Below are positions 1-11,656 of a stretch of DNA of 60,437 nt, in pieces; position 1 is the stretch's first letter; each line of letters begins with the position of its first letter. The notes under the pieces were generated by a model that was not told the DNA's origin, did no database searches, and saw nothing but the letters and a program-made list of their open reading frames with translations. Source of the stretch: Candidatus Saccharimonadota bacterium (GTDB lineage Bacteria > Patescibacteriota > Saccharimonadia > Saccharimonadales > VXPC01); NCBI GenBank assembly GCA_009839685.1, contig VXPC01000031.1:1-60437 (forward strand), written 5' to 3'. The position numbers and the translations under genes are program-made.

Positions 1-1502
1 TCCAAGCGCGACGGCCTCAAGCTCCCCATAACCGGCCAAGACACCCTCTCAATCTTGACCAGTTCGGGCGGCAACAGTTTCTCCAAAGATTCCTTGACGT
101 CAGCCAAAAGCTCATAAATCACCGAATAGGTTCTCAGATCCACGCCCAGCTGGGCGGCCAGTCGGCGCATGGCCACCGAAACGCCGATATTGAAGCAGTA
201 AACGGTCGCCTGAGATATCTTGGCCTTGTTGATATCGTTCTCGCTCAGGCTGCCGACGCCCGAATCGACGATCCGGGTTGCCACCTCGTCGGTATCCAAA
301 GACTTGAGGCCGTCCAGAACGGCTGTCAGCGAGCCCCTGACGTCGGCCTTGATAATCGCGTTGTGCTCCTGCACCTCGGCCCGCCTGTCGATAATACGCA
401 GCAACTCCCGGCTGCTCATGCCGGTAGACCTGAAATCATGCTGCCGACCGGCCGTTTCCGCCTGCTTCTTAGCTTCTTTTTCAGTGGCGAAGACTTCAAA
501 AGCTATGCCGAATTCCGGCAGGATTTTAAAGCCGCTGACCGTAACCGGCGTAGAGGCCGACGCCTGCTCAACCGCCCCGGAAGACATATCCTGCAGCAGG
601 CGAACCTTGCCCCAAGCGGCGCCGGCGACCAGAAAATCACCCTTTCTTAAAACACCTTCTTGGACCAAGACGACCGCGGCCGGCCCCAAACCCTGTCTCA
701 TGGACGATTCAATGACCAATCCGCTAGCCGCGCCCCTCGAGTCGGCCTGCAGATCGTCTATGTCGGCGGACAAGAGGATCATGTCGAGCAGTTCTTCGAC
801 CCCCTCGCCCGTTTTAGCCGACACGGGGACGAAAATCGTCTGTCCGCCCAAGTCTTCCGCCAGCAGATCGTGTTCGGCCAGTTGCTGTTTGACCAAGTGG
901 ATGTTGGCGGCCGGCAAATCTATCTTGGAGATGGCAACCACTATCTTCACTCCCGATTTCTTGGCAAAGCGAATCGCCTCAACCGTCTGGTCCTTAACGC
1001 CATCATCGGCCGCGACGATTAAAACTATCAGGTCGGTCAGAACCGCGCCGTGCTCCCTGACGGCGGCAAAAGCCTCGTGGCCGGGGGTATCCAAGAAAGT
1101 TATTTTGCGATCCTTGTGGTCAACCTGCTGAGCTGAAATATGCTGCGTAATGCCGCCGGCTTCTGAAGAAACCTTGTCGCTGCCCTTTATCTTGTCCAGC
1201 AGGCTGGTCTTGCCATGGTCGACATGGCCCATCACCGCCACGACCGGCGGCCTGGTTTCATTGACGGCGCCGGCCCGCTCCTTGTCAACCCCGATCGCGG
1301 CGGCGTCCCTTTGCTTAACTTCTACGTCAAGCCCGAGTTCCTCTATCAGGATGGCAACCGTGTCGAAATCAATCCGCTCGTTGAGGGTCAGCATGACCCC
1401 GTTCTTCACCAGTTCGGAAATCAGGCTGGCGGCCGGCAGCTCCAATTGCTGGGCCAGATTGCTGACCGTAATGGTCTGACCTATCTCTATCGTTCTCGCC
1501 AT
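1..1502 (-). CDS. infB: translation initiation factor IF-2, N-terminal ~500 codons (gene runs off the left edge)
   Basis: Absent from the ORF track because no stop lies inside the window. Reverse-strand translation from ATG (complement of 1500-1502) gives MARTIEIGQTITVSNLAQQL...PPVVAVMGHVDHGKTSLLD...FLDTPGHEAF...VAISKIDL (GTPase G1/G3/G4 motifs of IF-2). A GGGGAGG Shine-Dalgarno lies just upstream. The + strand ORFs 220-1634 are antisense shadows. Confidence 0.9.
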   Translation of the reverse strand, partial: MARTIEIGQTITVSNLAQQLELPAASLISELVKNGVMLTLNERIDFDTVAILIEELGLDVEVKQRDAAAIGVDKERAGAVNETRPPVVAVMGHVDHGKTSLLDKIKGSDKVSSEAGGITQHISAQQVDHKDRKITFLDTPGHEAFAAVREHGAVLTDLIVLIVAADDGVKDQTVEAIRFAKKSGVKIVVAISKIDLPAANIHLVKQQLAEHDLLAEDLGGQTIFVPVSAKTGEGVEELLDMILLSADIDDLQADSRGAASGLVIESSMRQGLGPAAVVLVQEGVLRKGDFLVAGAAWGKVRLLQDMSSGAVEQASASTPVTVSGFKILPEFGIAFEVFATEKEAKKQAETAGRQHDFRSTGMSSRELLRIIDRRAEVQEHNAIIKADVRGSLTAVLDGLKSLDTDEVATRIVDSGVGSLSENDINKAKISQATVYCFNIGVSVAMRRLAAQLGVDLRTYSVIYELLADVKESLEKLLPPELVKIERVSWPVMGSLRPSRL

Positions 1503-1522
1503 GCAACCGCCTCCCCGTCATC

Positions 1523-2635
1523 TCACTTCAACTTAAGAGATATCTTGCGCGCTTCTTTGTCCAAACTGACGATAACAAACTGTTTGGTGTCGCCGACCTT
1601 GATATTCTTCTTCAAGTCCTCGATTTTAGCCTGATCCGGCTTGGTCTTGGTGGCTTTGGTCTTGGCAACTCCCCCTTCTCCGTCTTCCGTTTGGCTCTCG
1701 CCGAAAAGATAAAGCAAAGCCTCGACTACCGGGCTAATCCGGACAAAGGCTCCGTAGGGAGTGGTGCGGGTAATTACCCCTTCGACCTCCGACCCCTCTT
1801 TCAGGCCTTTGACTTCTTGCTCCCAGGGGTCATCCGTCAGTTGTTTCAGCGACAAAGCGACCCGCTCGTCGACAATCGATATGATCTTGACCTTGACGGT
1901 CTCGCCGACTTTGACGTGCTTGTGCGGATCTTCCACCCGGCCCCAAGAAATTTCGGAAATATGAATCAAGCCCTCGACGCCGTCTATGTTGACGAAAGCG
2001 CCGAAATGGGTAACGCCCGTGACAACGCCGTCGACAACGTCGCCGACGGACAGCTTCTTAAGCTGTTCGCTGACCACTTCCTTCAGGGCTTCCTTTTCGG
2101 AAAAAATCAGCTTATTCTCCTTGCGGTTCAGGTCGAGGATGCAGACCTTGATTGATTTGCCGATCAGCTGGTTCAGCTTGGCGACCACTTCTTCCTTGTC
2201 GGATGAATTAACCCGCGGATAGTGGTTGATTGAAAGCTGGGATATCGGCAAGAAACCCCTGATACCCTCGAACTCAACCAGCAAACCGCCGCGGTTGGCG
2301 TCGTAGCCGTTGACGCTGACGATCTGATTGTTGTCATAAATTTTCTGGATTTCTTCCCAAGACTTGTCTTTCATAACCCGCCGCAAGCTCAGCAGGGCGT
2401 GGCCGTGCTTGGTTTCGGGATGGACAACGCTGGCCGTCACGGTTTGGCCGACCTCCAGGTCGGAATTATTAACCAGTTCCCGCCGGGAAACCACGCCCAC
2501 CCCCAGGTGGCCGATATCCAGCCAGACCTCATGCTTCTGGATAGAAATTATCTTGCCTTCGATAAAATCAGAGGCACTGATGTTGTCGAGTTCAACATCC
2601 TTCAGCAAATCGTCCATAGTTACGCTTTTAGTCAT
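1523..2635 (-). CDS. rpsA: S1 RNA-binding-domain repeat protein (ribosomal protein S1-like)
   Basis: ORF 1523..2698. It has four tandem S1/OB repeats (e.g. GKIISIQKHEVWLDIG, VSVNGYDANRGGLLVEFEG, VDGVVTGVTHFGAFVNIDG, VEGVITRTTPYGAFVRIS). I place the start at the internal ATG (MTKSVTMDD) because the first 21 codons look non-coding. The start is uncertain. Confidence 0.8.
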   Translation of the reverse strand: MTKSVTMDDLLKDVELDNISASDFIEGKIISIQKHEVWLDIGHLGVGVVSRRELVNNSDLEVGQTVTASVVHPETKHGHALLSLRRVMKDKSWEEIQKIYDNNQIVSVNGYDANRGGLLVEFEGIRGFLPISQLSINHYPRVNSSDKEEVVAKLNQLIGKSIKVCILDLNRKENKLIFSEKEALKEVVSEQLKKLSVGDVVDGVVTGVTHFGAFVNIDGVEGLIHISEISWGRVEDPHKHVKVGETVKVKIISIVDERVALSLKQLTDDPWEQEVKGLKEGSEVEGVITRTTPYGAFVRISPVVEALLYLFGESQTEDGEGGVAKTKATKTKPDQAKIEDLKKNIKVGDTKQFVIVSLDKEARKISLKLK

Positions 2636-2718
2636 AATCGCAGATAAAAATTCCCGTACCAGCCAAGGCCATATCCAGAATCCCGGCCCCGGCCTCAAGA
2701 GATTCTACTCCGGCGACA

Positions 2719-2747
2719 ATTTTACCACTTCCAGTTGAGAGATGCAA
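2719..2747 (-). promoter_or_regulatory. sigma70-like promoter upstream of the S1/infB genes
   Basis: On the minus strand: TTGCAT, a 17-nt spacer, then TGgTAAAAT (extended -10), about 80 nt upstream of the proposed S1 start. Confidence 0.4.
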
Positions 2748-2948
2748 AAAGGTCTGGGCTGGATCGCGGAATTGCCAGCTTCCGTTATAATTATAAGAAC
2801 GGATTGCGGAGCTTGAACGCTTGACAACCATCTTGGCAACGGCTGCGTTGTGGGCGGGACATCAACCCGTTTCGGATTGCGATTCGAGGATTATAAACCT
2901 TATTATGAACATTAACTTATGGGCATAATTAGGGTCTAAACGTAGATA

Positions 2949-3395
2949 GTGAATTTTTTACAACAACTGCAACAAGACTTCGGAGACATAACCTTTGTCA
3001 AAGGCAGAGCAAATTCTTGGTCGCCGCAAGCCAAAGAGATTCATTACAGCCGGCCGATTTCCAAATATTCCCTGCTGCACGAACTAGGCCATGCCCTCGA
3101 GGGTCACGTAACCTACAAGCTGGACATACAACTGCTTAAACTCGAAGCCGACGCTTGGCAGAAGGCTAGCGAAATTGCTGGCCGCTACGGTCTGGAGATC
3201 CCCCAGAAATATATCAATGACTGCATGGACACTTACAAGGATTGGCTCCTGGCCAGATCGAAATGCCCCGACTGCGGCTTGGTCGGCCTGCAATCGCCCA
3301 AAACCCTGGCGTACAGTTGTTGCAATTGCCCCCTGCATTGGAGCGTGCCGCTGGAAACTAGGTGCCTAGTCAGAAGAATCAGAAAAAACGGGTAG
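2949..3395 (+). CDS. ImmA/IrrE-like HExxH metallopeptidase domain fused to a C-terminal Cys4 zinc ribbon
   Basis: Contains LLHELGHALEGH (HExxH) followed by EADAWQKA, matching the Glu/Ala pattern of COG2856-type peptidases. The C-terminus has CPDCG...CCNCP. Confidence 0.55.
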   Translation: MNFLQQLQQDFGDITFVKGRANSWSPQAKEIHYSRPISKYSLLHELGHALEGHVTYKLDIQLLKLEADAWQKASEIAGRYGLEIPQKYINDCMDTYKDWLLARSKCPDCGLVGLQSPKTLAYSCCNCPLHWSVPLETRCLVRRIRKNG

Positions 3396-3440
3396 TAAAA
3401 CCCGCTTTTTCCGAATTATCCTAAAGCCCACCCCCTCAGG

Positions 3441-3692
3441 TTAAAGAACCTTGACGTTTATGCGCCTCACGGCCGTTGCTTTGCCGCGACGACTTTTAGC
3501 TCCACCCCGCGCACCGGCCAGTTTGGCCCTCTGCGCACCTGTCAGACCGTCTTTGCCGACCTTAGGGCTGGCAAAACCACCGTTCCGACTTTTTCTACCA
3601 CCCAGTTGACCAATTTTGACGTAAAAGTCACGCCCGTGCTTTGCGCGGATTGTAGCGGCAGCTAACCTGCCACCATCGCTATTACCCGACAT
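3441..3692 (-). CDS. small basic KGG-repeat general-stress-like protein (GsiB/YciG-like)
   Basis: 83 aa with DFYVKIGQLGGRKS and ARGGAKSRRG motifs resembling the EFYxEIGxKGG stress-protein repeat. A strong AAAGGAGG RBS precedes the ATG. Confidence 0.55.
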   Translation of the reverse strand: MSGNSDGGRLAAATIRAKHGRDFYVKIGQLGGRKSRNGGFASPKVGKDGLTGAQRAKLAGARGGAKSRRGKATAVRRINVKVL

Positions 3693-3800
3693 AAAACTAG
3701 CCTCCTTTGGTTTGTAAATTTTTATAACACCGATAAAAAAGAATCTGCTTGGCGCTTCATTAATTCGCCGCCAACGGATCCCTTTTCATTGGTTGTCTAT

Positions 3801-3829
3801 ATTATACCATCTGATTGCTTATATAGCAA
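3801..3829 (-). promoter_or_regulatory. strong sigma70-like promoter whose -35 lies in a 15-bp palindrome
   Basis: On the minus strand: TTGCTA, a 17-nt spacer, then TGgTATAAT. The -35 sits inside the perfect palindrome TTGCTATATAAGCAA (possible operator). Confidence 0.55.
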
Positions 3830-3865
3830 TACCGTTTTAAAAATTAGTCTACAGGGGCAACTTGG

Positions 3866-4987
3866 CTACAGTCGGCGCCATTTGCGTAAAATAGTCAGAT
3901 AAACCCAAATAGCCATATAAGGCCAGCGTCTGATGATTAAATCGTGAGCCGGTACGTATTGATAGGGTTTAACACCGAAACCGCGTTTGAACTGACTGAG
4001 GCCGTAATAACGGTGCTTGACTTGGTCGGTGCCGACTATGCCCCAAAAATTGTAGGTCTTCAACCCCCTTCGTCGAGCTTCAGCCATGGCCGACAGATGG
4101 AGAATCGGGGCGCTGGAATATTTCTGCCCCAAGGTAGTTGAGATGCCGTACAGGTGGCTGGCCTCCCGCCCGAAAAAGAAAATCATATGGGCGGCCAATA
4201 CCTCGCCTTCCCTGCGGGCGAAATAGAGCAGCACCTCGTCGTCTTCTAAAAAGGTTTCAAATTGCTTAACCAGCTTGGTTTTAGTGAAAGGGCTGTAACG
4301 GCGACGCTGGGCGTGTTCTTGGTGGAGCTCACTAAACAAAACAACATCCTTAACATCACGCGACACCCTGACCTTGATCGCCTCGTCTCGTTCAGCATCC
4401 CTGACCTTATGGCGCAAGCTCTTATTGAAGCCTTTGCGGATGATTTCTTCGGGTTGTTCCAGATCTAAAATGCCAGCCAACTCAACCGCCAAGCCTGAGG
4501 GCGCCCGCCTGAATCCTGCCTGCCTCAAGTACTTGCGCATGACATCGCTGTCGGGGGTTTGCGGGCGGATGCGAACGTAAACGCACCTTTCCCGGCTGGC
4601 GATGGCGGTTATATCTGCTTTGAAACTGGCCAAAAGTTCCGGCTGGCTCCAATCTAATAGTGGCCCACCGGCCAGAGTCAGAAAGCGTTGCCGGCGACCG
4701 ACTTCCAGTAAGGCCATGTAGCCGGCGACCGGTTTGCGGCGATCATAGAGAATGCGCCAAAATGTTTTGCCACCGGATTGCTCGTGCGACAGCCCCCAGT
4801 TGAAACTTTGCAGGCAGTTGTCAGCCAGGTCGGGGTTCGCTCTGAGAAAAGCCTGCCAAGCCTGCTTCTTATTAGCAGTTCGCCACTTGGGGCCGAGACT
4901 TTGCAGGCAGCTGTTAGTCAGATCGGAGTTCGCTCTGAGAGAAGCCTGCTTCTTATTGATGGTTAGCCACTTGAAATTGTCAGCCAT
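3866..4987 (-). CDS. FemAB-family peptidoglycan interpeptide-bridge aminoacyltransferase (FemX-like)
   Basis: ORF 3866..5065. FemAB-like features include an N-terminal W..FL...P...FLQS..WG motif, FNKSLRHKVRDAERD, and a C-terminal KTYNFWGI...YGLSQFKRGFG. The start is set at MADNFKW (4987) so it does not overlap the upstream gene. Confidence 0.8.
   Translation of the reverse strand: MADNFKWLTINKKQASLRANSDLTNSCLQSLGPKWRTANKKQAWQAFLRANPDLADNCLQSFNWGLSHEQSGGKTFWRILYDRRKPVAGYMALLEVGRRQRFLTLAGGPLLDWSQPELLASFKADITAIASRERCVYVRIRPQTPDSDVMRKYLRQAGFRRAPSGLAVELAGILDLEQPEEIIRKGFNKSLRHKVRDAERDEAIKVRVSRDVKDVVLFSELHQEHAQRRRYSPFTKTKLVKQFETFLEDDEVLLYFARREGEVLAAHMIFFFGREASHLYGISTTLGQKYSSAPILHLSAMAEARRRGLKTYNFWGIVGTDQVKHRYYGLSQFKRGFGVKPYQYVPAHDLIIRRWPYMAIWVYLTILRKWRRL
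4805..4972. repeat. in-frame tandem duplication (~84 and ~75 nt copies, 93-nt period) inside the 5' end of the FemX-like gene
   Basis: Copy A (4805-4888) and copy B (4898-4972) share ACTTTGCAGGCAG.TGT.AG.CAG.TCGG.GTTCGCTCTGAGA.AAGCCTG...CTTCTTATT...CCACTT, with a 9-nt indel. The peptides are NKKQASLRANSDLTNSCLQSLGPKW and NKKQAWQAFLRANPDLADNCLQSFNW. Confidence 0.8.
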
Positions 4988-5012
4988 GTAATATTTCCTA
5001 ATACCTAAGATA

Positions 5013-6203
5013 TCACTTATTAGCAACCCGTTTGAAGCCGGCAACCAACTTGGCCAGTTCTTCAACCTTCTCCCGGCTGATATTCTTGTGCAGCGGCAGA
5101 TTTATAATTTGCTGGTTCATACGTTCTTTTTCAGGACAGCTGCCCGGCTTATAGGCCGACAGTTCGGTAAATCGGCTCGGGTGGACCGGGGTGTCGTACC
5201 AGTGGTCTTTCAGGAGAAACCCTTTGGCGTCGGCAGCGGCCAGCAACCGGTTCCTAACTTCGCTTGACTCCAGCAGGACCGGATACCGCAGCAGAGGCTG
5301 GCCTGCCAGCAAAGGGTTGGCGGTGCGCAAAATTCGGCTATAGACGCGGGACAGCCGGCGCCGGCGCTCCTTATCTTCTTCCAGGTGCTGCCACTGCTCC
5401 AAAACGAACTTTGCCCGGGCCGGGTGCAAACCGATGTCGCGACAGAGGCTGCCGTCAGCCGCGAACCTGAGCAGGCGGATACGGCGCAGAAAGCCGTGAA
5501 CCACCCTTGCCAGCGGGCGGCAGCGATAGCTGTTCCTCAACCAGACGGTAATCAGCGGCTGCAAGCGCTCCAAAAAATTAGACGCCCTGACGCCGCCCGG
5601 CAGCTTCGGTCCGGCCGATTCGCTGACCAAAGCCTTGCTGCGGATTATCAGGGCGCCGCCGGCAACGACGTCGATCTGCTTGGAGTCGCCGAAAGACAAG
5701 ACTACCAGATCACCCACCTTACCGAAGGGTTCTCCGTCGGCGTAATCGTTGTCCGGGCAGTGGGCCAGATCTTCAATCAAAGTCAGTCCGGCCTCGCGGC
5801 AGTACCGGGCGAGCGGTTTTATCTCATCACCTATGCCGAAAGTATTTTGAACGATGACCGCGCCGATTGCCGGTTGAGCCTCGTGGGCTTTTCTCAGACC
5901 CGACAGGGTGAAATTGAACGTCCGGCGGCTGACGTCGGCGAATACCGGCCGGCTGCCGGCATCCCTGACCGCCTCCTCGACAACGTAACAGGTGAACCCG
6001 CTGATCAAGACATGGTCGGCGCCGCTCAGCCGAACCGCTTCCCTCAGGGCGGCCCGACCGCGGTGGTACAGATGAGCCTTTCCGCCGTACCTTTCCGCCA
6101 ACCGCGTCCGCAAATCCTCGCAGGCCGCTTCGGATTTTCTGGCCAGAAGGAAACGCCAGCCGAAACGGTTTGAATAATTGGAGCCTAAAAAATTAAAAAT
6201 CAT
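5013..6203 (-). CDS. DegT/DnrJ/EryC1/StrS-family PLP-dependent sugar aminotransferase
   Basis: 396 aa. VVLSFGDSKQIDVVAGGALII matches the SFxxxK PLP-lysine motif of this family. GFTCYVVEEAV and QNTFGI motifs are also present. Confidence 0.8.
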   Translation of the reverse strand: MIFNFLGSNYSNRFGWRFLLARKSEAACEDLRTRLAERYGGKAHLYHRGRAALREAVRLSGADHVLISGFTCYVVEEAVRDAGSRPVFADVSRRTFNFTLSGLRKAHEAQPAIGAVIVQNTFGIGDEIKPLARYCREAGLTLIEDLAHCPDNDYADGEPFGKVGDLVVLSFGDSKQIDVVAGGALIIRSKALVSESAGPKLPGGVRASNFLERLQPLITVWLRNSYRCRPLARVVHGFLRRIRLLRFAADGSLCRDIGLHPARAKFVLEQWQHLEEDKERRRRLSRVYSRILRTANPLLAGQPLLRYPVLLESSEVRNRLLAAADAKGFLLKDHWYDTPVHPSRFTELSAYKPGSCPEKERMNQQIINLPLHKNISREKVEELAKLVAGFKRVANK

Positions 6204-6282
6204 CTCCGGCCGAGCGTAGTGAATCTAATAAACAGTTTAGCAGTTAGCCGGCCCAAGATCCCAGCAATCGCGGCAGCCGGCA

Positions 6283-6645
6283 TCAATCAACAATTTGCAG
6301 GTGATCCTTATACCTTGCCCGCTCCAGGTGGGGCAACAGCCGGCTGAAATGCGCGTCCCCGTCGACGGCCGACGTTTGGCTCAGATAGCCGGCCAGCCAA
6401 TCTATGACTTCGTTGGGCGGCAGGGGGCGGTCGCAAACCGACAATTCCGACAGGGCGAATAACATCTCCTGCGCCTCCAGCTCTTCCAAACGATAACGGT
6501 CACCCTCCTTCGTATTGCGCATGCGTTCATAATCACCCTCGGGCAAATGACAGTTCACCAGTCTGTGATTCAGCAAGTCCTCCCGGTAACCGCCGGCGAA
6601 TTCTAGGAAATTGACCATGTTGTGGGGAATATAATTTTCAGGCAA
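6283..6645 (-). CDS. hypothetical protein (120 aa)
   Basis: Clean ORF with no competing frame, immediately upstream of the DegT/FemX genes. No motif recognised. Confidence 0.5.
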   Translation of the reverse strand: MPENYIPHNMVNFLEFAGGYREDLLNHRLVNCHLPEGDYERMRNTKEGDRYRLEELEAQEMLFALSELSVCDRPLPPNEVIDWLAGYLSQTSAVDGDAHFSRLLPHLERARYKDHLQIVD

Positions 6646-6667
6646 AGCAATAGGTGGAACTTATGGT

Positions 6668-6712
6668 GATAAACAAAAATCCGGAGACGGCCGCCGAAAC
6701 GACTGTCTCCGG
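6668..6712 (-). terminator. rho-independent terminator of the 23S-5S unit
   Basis: On the minus strand: CCGGAGAC(16-nt loop)GTCTCCGG followed by ATTTTTGTTTAT, directly after the 5S rRNA. Confidence 0.6.
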
Positions 6713-6714
6713 TC

Positions 6715-6833
6715 AAACTTGGCGTCGTGCTATTTTCCCACGGCTTAAGCCGCAGTATTGTAACCGATGCTTGGCTTAACTGCTGTGTTCGGAATGGTAA
6801 CAGGTGTTTCCCAAGCTCCATGGACACCAAGCC
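6715..6833 (-). rRNA. rrf: 5S rRNA
   Basis: The reverse complement reads GCTTGGTGTCCATGGAGCTTGGGAAACACCTGTTACCATTCCGAACACAGCAGTTAAGCC...GCACGACGCCAAG. This includes the conserved CCATTCCGAACACAG.AGTTAAGC box, and helix I is closed by CTTGGTGTC/GACGCCAAG. Confidence 0.85.
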
Positions 6834-6942
6834 CGACCTGTTCGGCAAAACAGATCGGGCCCGTGGCCCATAGGTTTTCTCAAGATTGCGCGACAAACGG
6901 CTCCGGAAGGACAGGCGGCCGTAATCAAACCAGTCGGCTAAT

Positions 6943-10072
<3,130 letters not shown>

Positions 10073-10301
10073 ATTAAGTGCCAATTGGTTTGATTCCGGC
10101 AACCTGCCGCAACCAAAGCCGTTTGTCACACAATCTTCTCCAAACTGTTAAGTTGCTTAAACTTTAAGTGCTCCGCCATGATTTGAACCCGCTCCGACAG
10201 GGCGCGCGTTCGGGGAGTTTAAAGCTTAAATGGCAAATCTATCCGGGCAAGAATAAATTATTCTTTAAGCCTTAAACAACCTACTCGTTCATAGTGGCAC
10301 C

Positions 10302-10331
10302 ATACTAGCAGACTGGCCCGGGCGTTGTCAA
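10302..10331 (-). promoter_or_regulatory. candidate stand-alone promoter of the 23S-5S unit
   Basis: On the minus strand: TTGACA, an 18-nt spacer, then TAGTAT. It lies ~230 nt upstream of the mature 23S 5' end and 17 nt after the stop of the preceding gene. Confidence 0.5.
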
Positions 10332-10347
10332 AGGGTTTGTGCCCCGC

Positions 10348-11409
10348 TCACCCGTCCGCCAAATCCCTCAGCAGCCGGCGGTTGCGGTTAACCGTTCTAG
10401 TCAGACCGCCCAAGCAATAGAGCAGGATGACTCCGCAGATGGCCAGCGAGCTCAGCAGCCTTGATTCCCGGCCGGTGACGGCGATCAGGAACAGACCGGC
10501 CGTCAGGCTGCCGCTGGCGACGGTGGCCGGCGCGTAGACACTAGGGTTTTTCAGCAGCCGCCGGGTCAGACGAATCGTTTCCTCTTTACTGAAACTGTCC
10601 CGCTCCGCAGCTTCCAGAGCCCGGTTGACGGCGGTTCGCAGGCTGCGGCTGTTGGTCAGGAAGTTGTCCAGTTTTTCACCCTCTAGCAGAGGCGCGCAGC
10701 AGAATAGGGTTTTACCGACCAGCTCGATGTCATACTCCTTTAAGAAAAGCAGGGCTTGCTTGACTTCGGGCGTCAGCAAACTGGAGACACCGGACTGACG
10801 ACCGGCCGTGGTCCGGACAGCGAAGAAATAATTGAATCGGCCGGATACGAACAGACTCCGGCCGTTGGCGTAGACGCGCCTGAAGTTGCGCTTGCCGGCA
10901 GTTTTGGAATCGAAAACAAAGTGCGGGACCGGCCGGGACAGTCCGGCTTCAAAAACGGTGCGGAACGATTGCTTGGACTTGTAGCTGACGCCGAATTGGC
11001 GGCTGTAGGTGTCGCACAGCACGTCATAGGCCTGCCAGCCCTCGCCGACCGACAACTGGCGGGTGCGCATGTCAATGCTGTGAAAACGGCTGCCGGAAGG
11101 CGCGTGCAGTTCGTCATGGGCAGCTGAGATATCGATCGCGTTGCCGTTGCCGGACCGGTAACGGCGCTCGGCCAGAGTCCGGCCGACGTGAACGGACTGG
11201 ACTATCTTCCTGGCGGCGTAAACAATTGCGGCGTCGATTAGGATAATCAGGGGCAGGATCAGCCACGGTGATAACAGTCGGCCGAAAACGGCCGCCGCAA
11301 TCAGCACCGCGATTAAGGCAGCCAGCAGGTAGGCGGCATCGAAGAATAAAGCCGGCACGTATTTGCGCCCATAAACGTTTTCAAGTCCAAAGAATCTGCT
11401 GAAGAACAT
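10348..11409 (-). CDS. membrane protein, 2 N-terminal and 2 C-terminal TM helices around a soluble core
   Basis: 353 aa. Hydrophobic segments are ALFFDAAYLLAALIAVLIAAAVF, WLILPLIILIDAAIVYAA, SLTAGLFLIAVTG and LAICGVILLYCLGGL. No catalytic motif recognised. Confidence 0.6.
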   Translation of the reverse strand: MFFSRFFGLENVYGRKYVPALFFDAAYLLAALIAVLIAAAVFGRLLSPWLILPLIILIDAAIVYAARKIVQSVHVGRTLAERRYRSGNGNAIDISAAHDELHAPSGSRFHSIDMRTRQLSVGEGWQAYDVLCDTYSRQFGVSYKSKQSFRTVFEAGLSRPVPHFVFDSKTAGKRNFRRVYANGRSLFVSGRFNYFFAVRTTAGRQSGVSSLLTPEVKQALLFLKEYDIELVGKTLFCCAPLLEGEKLDNFLTNSRSLRTAVNRALEAAERDSFSKEETIRLTRRLLKNPSVYAPATVASGSLTAGLFLIAVTGRESRLLSSLAICGVILLYCLGGLTRTVNRNRRLLRDLADG

Positions 11410-11500
11410 CTAGCCCGCCCTAAAAGGTTACAATTCAAATGTTAGCACACGCGCGGATGTTGTATACTCTACTATAATCACGAATCCATGAACCTGTAAT

Positions 11501-11656
11501 ATGCTCCGTCACGCCGCCCTACGTTACCTGTTGTACCTGCTGATCATAGCCGCCTGCGTCTTGGTCGGCTGGTCGATTTTCGGTTTCCTAGGCATTATAG
11601 TCGGTTTCTTCTTGTCCTTCGCACTCCTTTTTCTGGTGCGCGGCCGACTCAAGTAA
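11501..11656 (+). CDS. possible 51-aa hydrophobic peptide (below the ORF-track size cut-off)
   Basis: ATG at 11501 gives MLRHAALRYLLYLLIIAACVLVGWSIFGFLGIIVGFFLSFALLFLVRGRLK*. It predicts two TM helices, and its 3' end overlaps the stop of the convergent 11649..12347 gene by 8 nt. No clear RBS. Confidence 0.3.
   Translation: MLRHAALRYLLYLLIIAACVLVGWSIFGFLGIIVGFFLSFALLFLVRGRLK

Noticed and set aside
220-1634. Several + strand ORFs (303, 95, 120, 109 and 139 aa) covering the left end of the window
   Set aside because: They are antisense shadows of infB, whose minus-strand translation shows unmistakable IF-2 GTPase motifs. The + strand products are low-complexity Ser/Ala/Arg/Pro strings.
3383-3412. 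Bidirectional terminator between the ImmA-like and KGG genes
   Set aside because: Only a 4-bp GC stem (CGGG/CCCG) flanked by A/T tracts, which is too weak to call.
5385-6173. 262-aa + strand ORF
   Set aside because: Antisense to the DegT-like gene, with an Arg/Ala/Gly-rich composition typical of shadow frames in GC-rich coding DNA.
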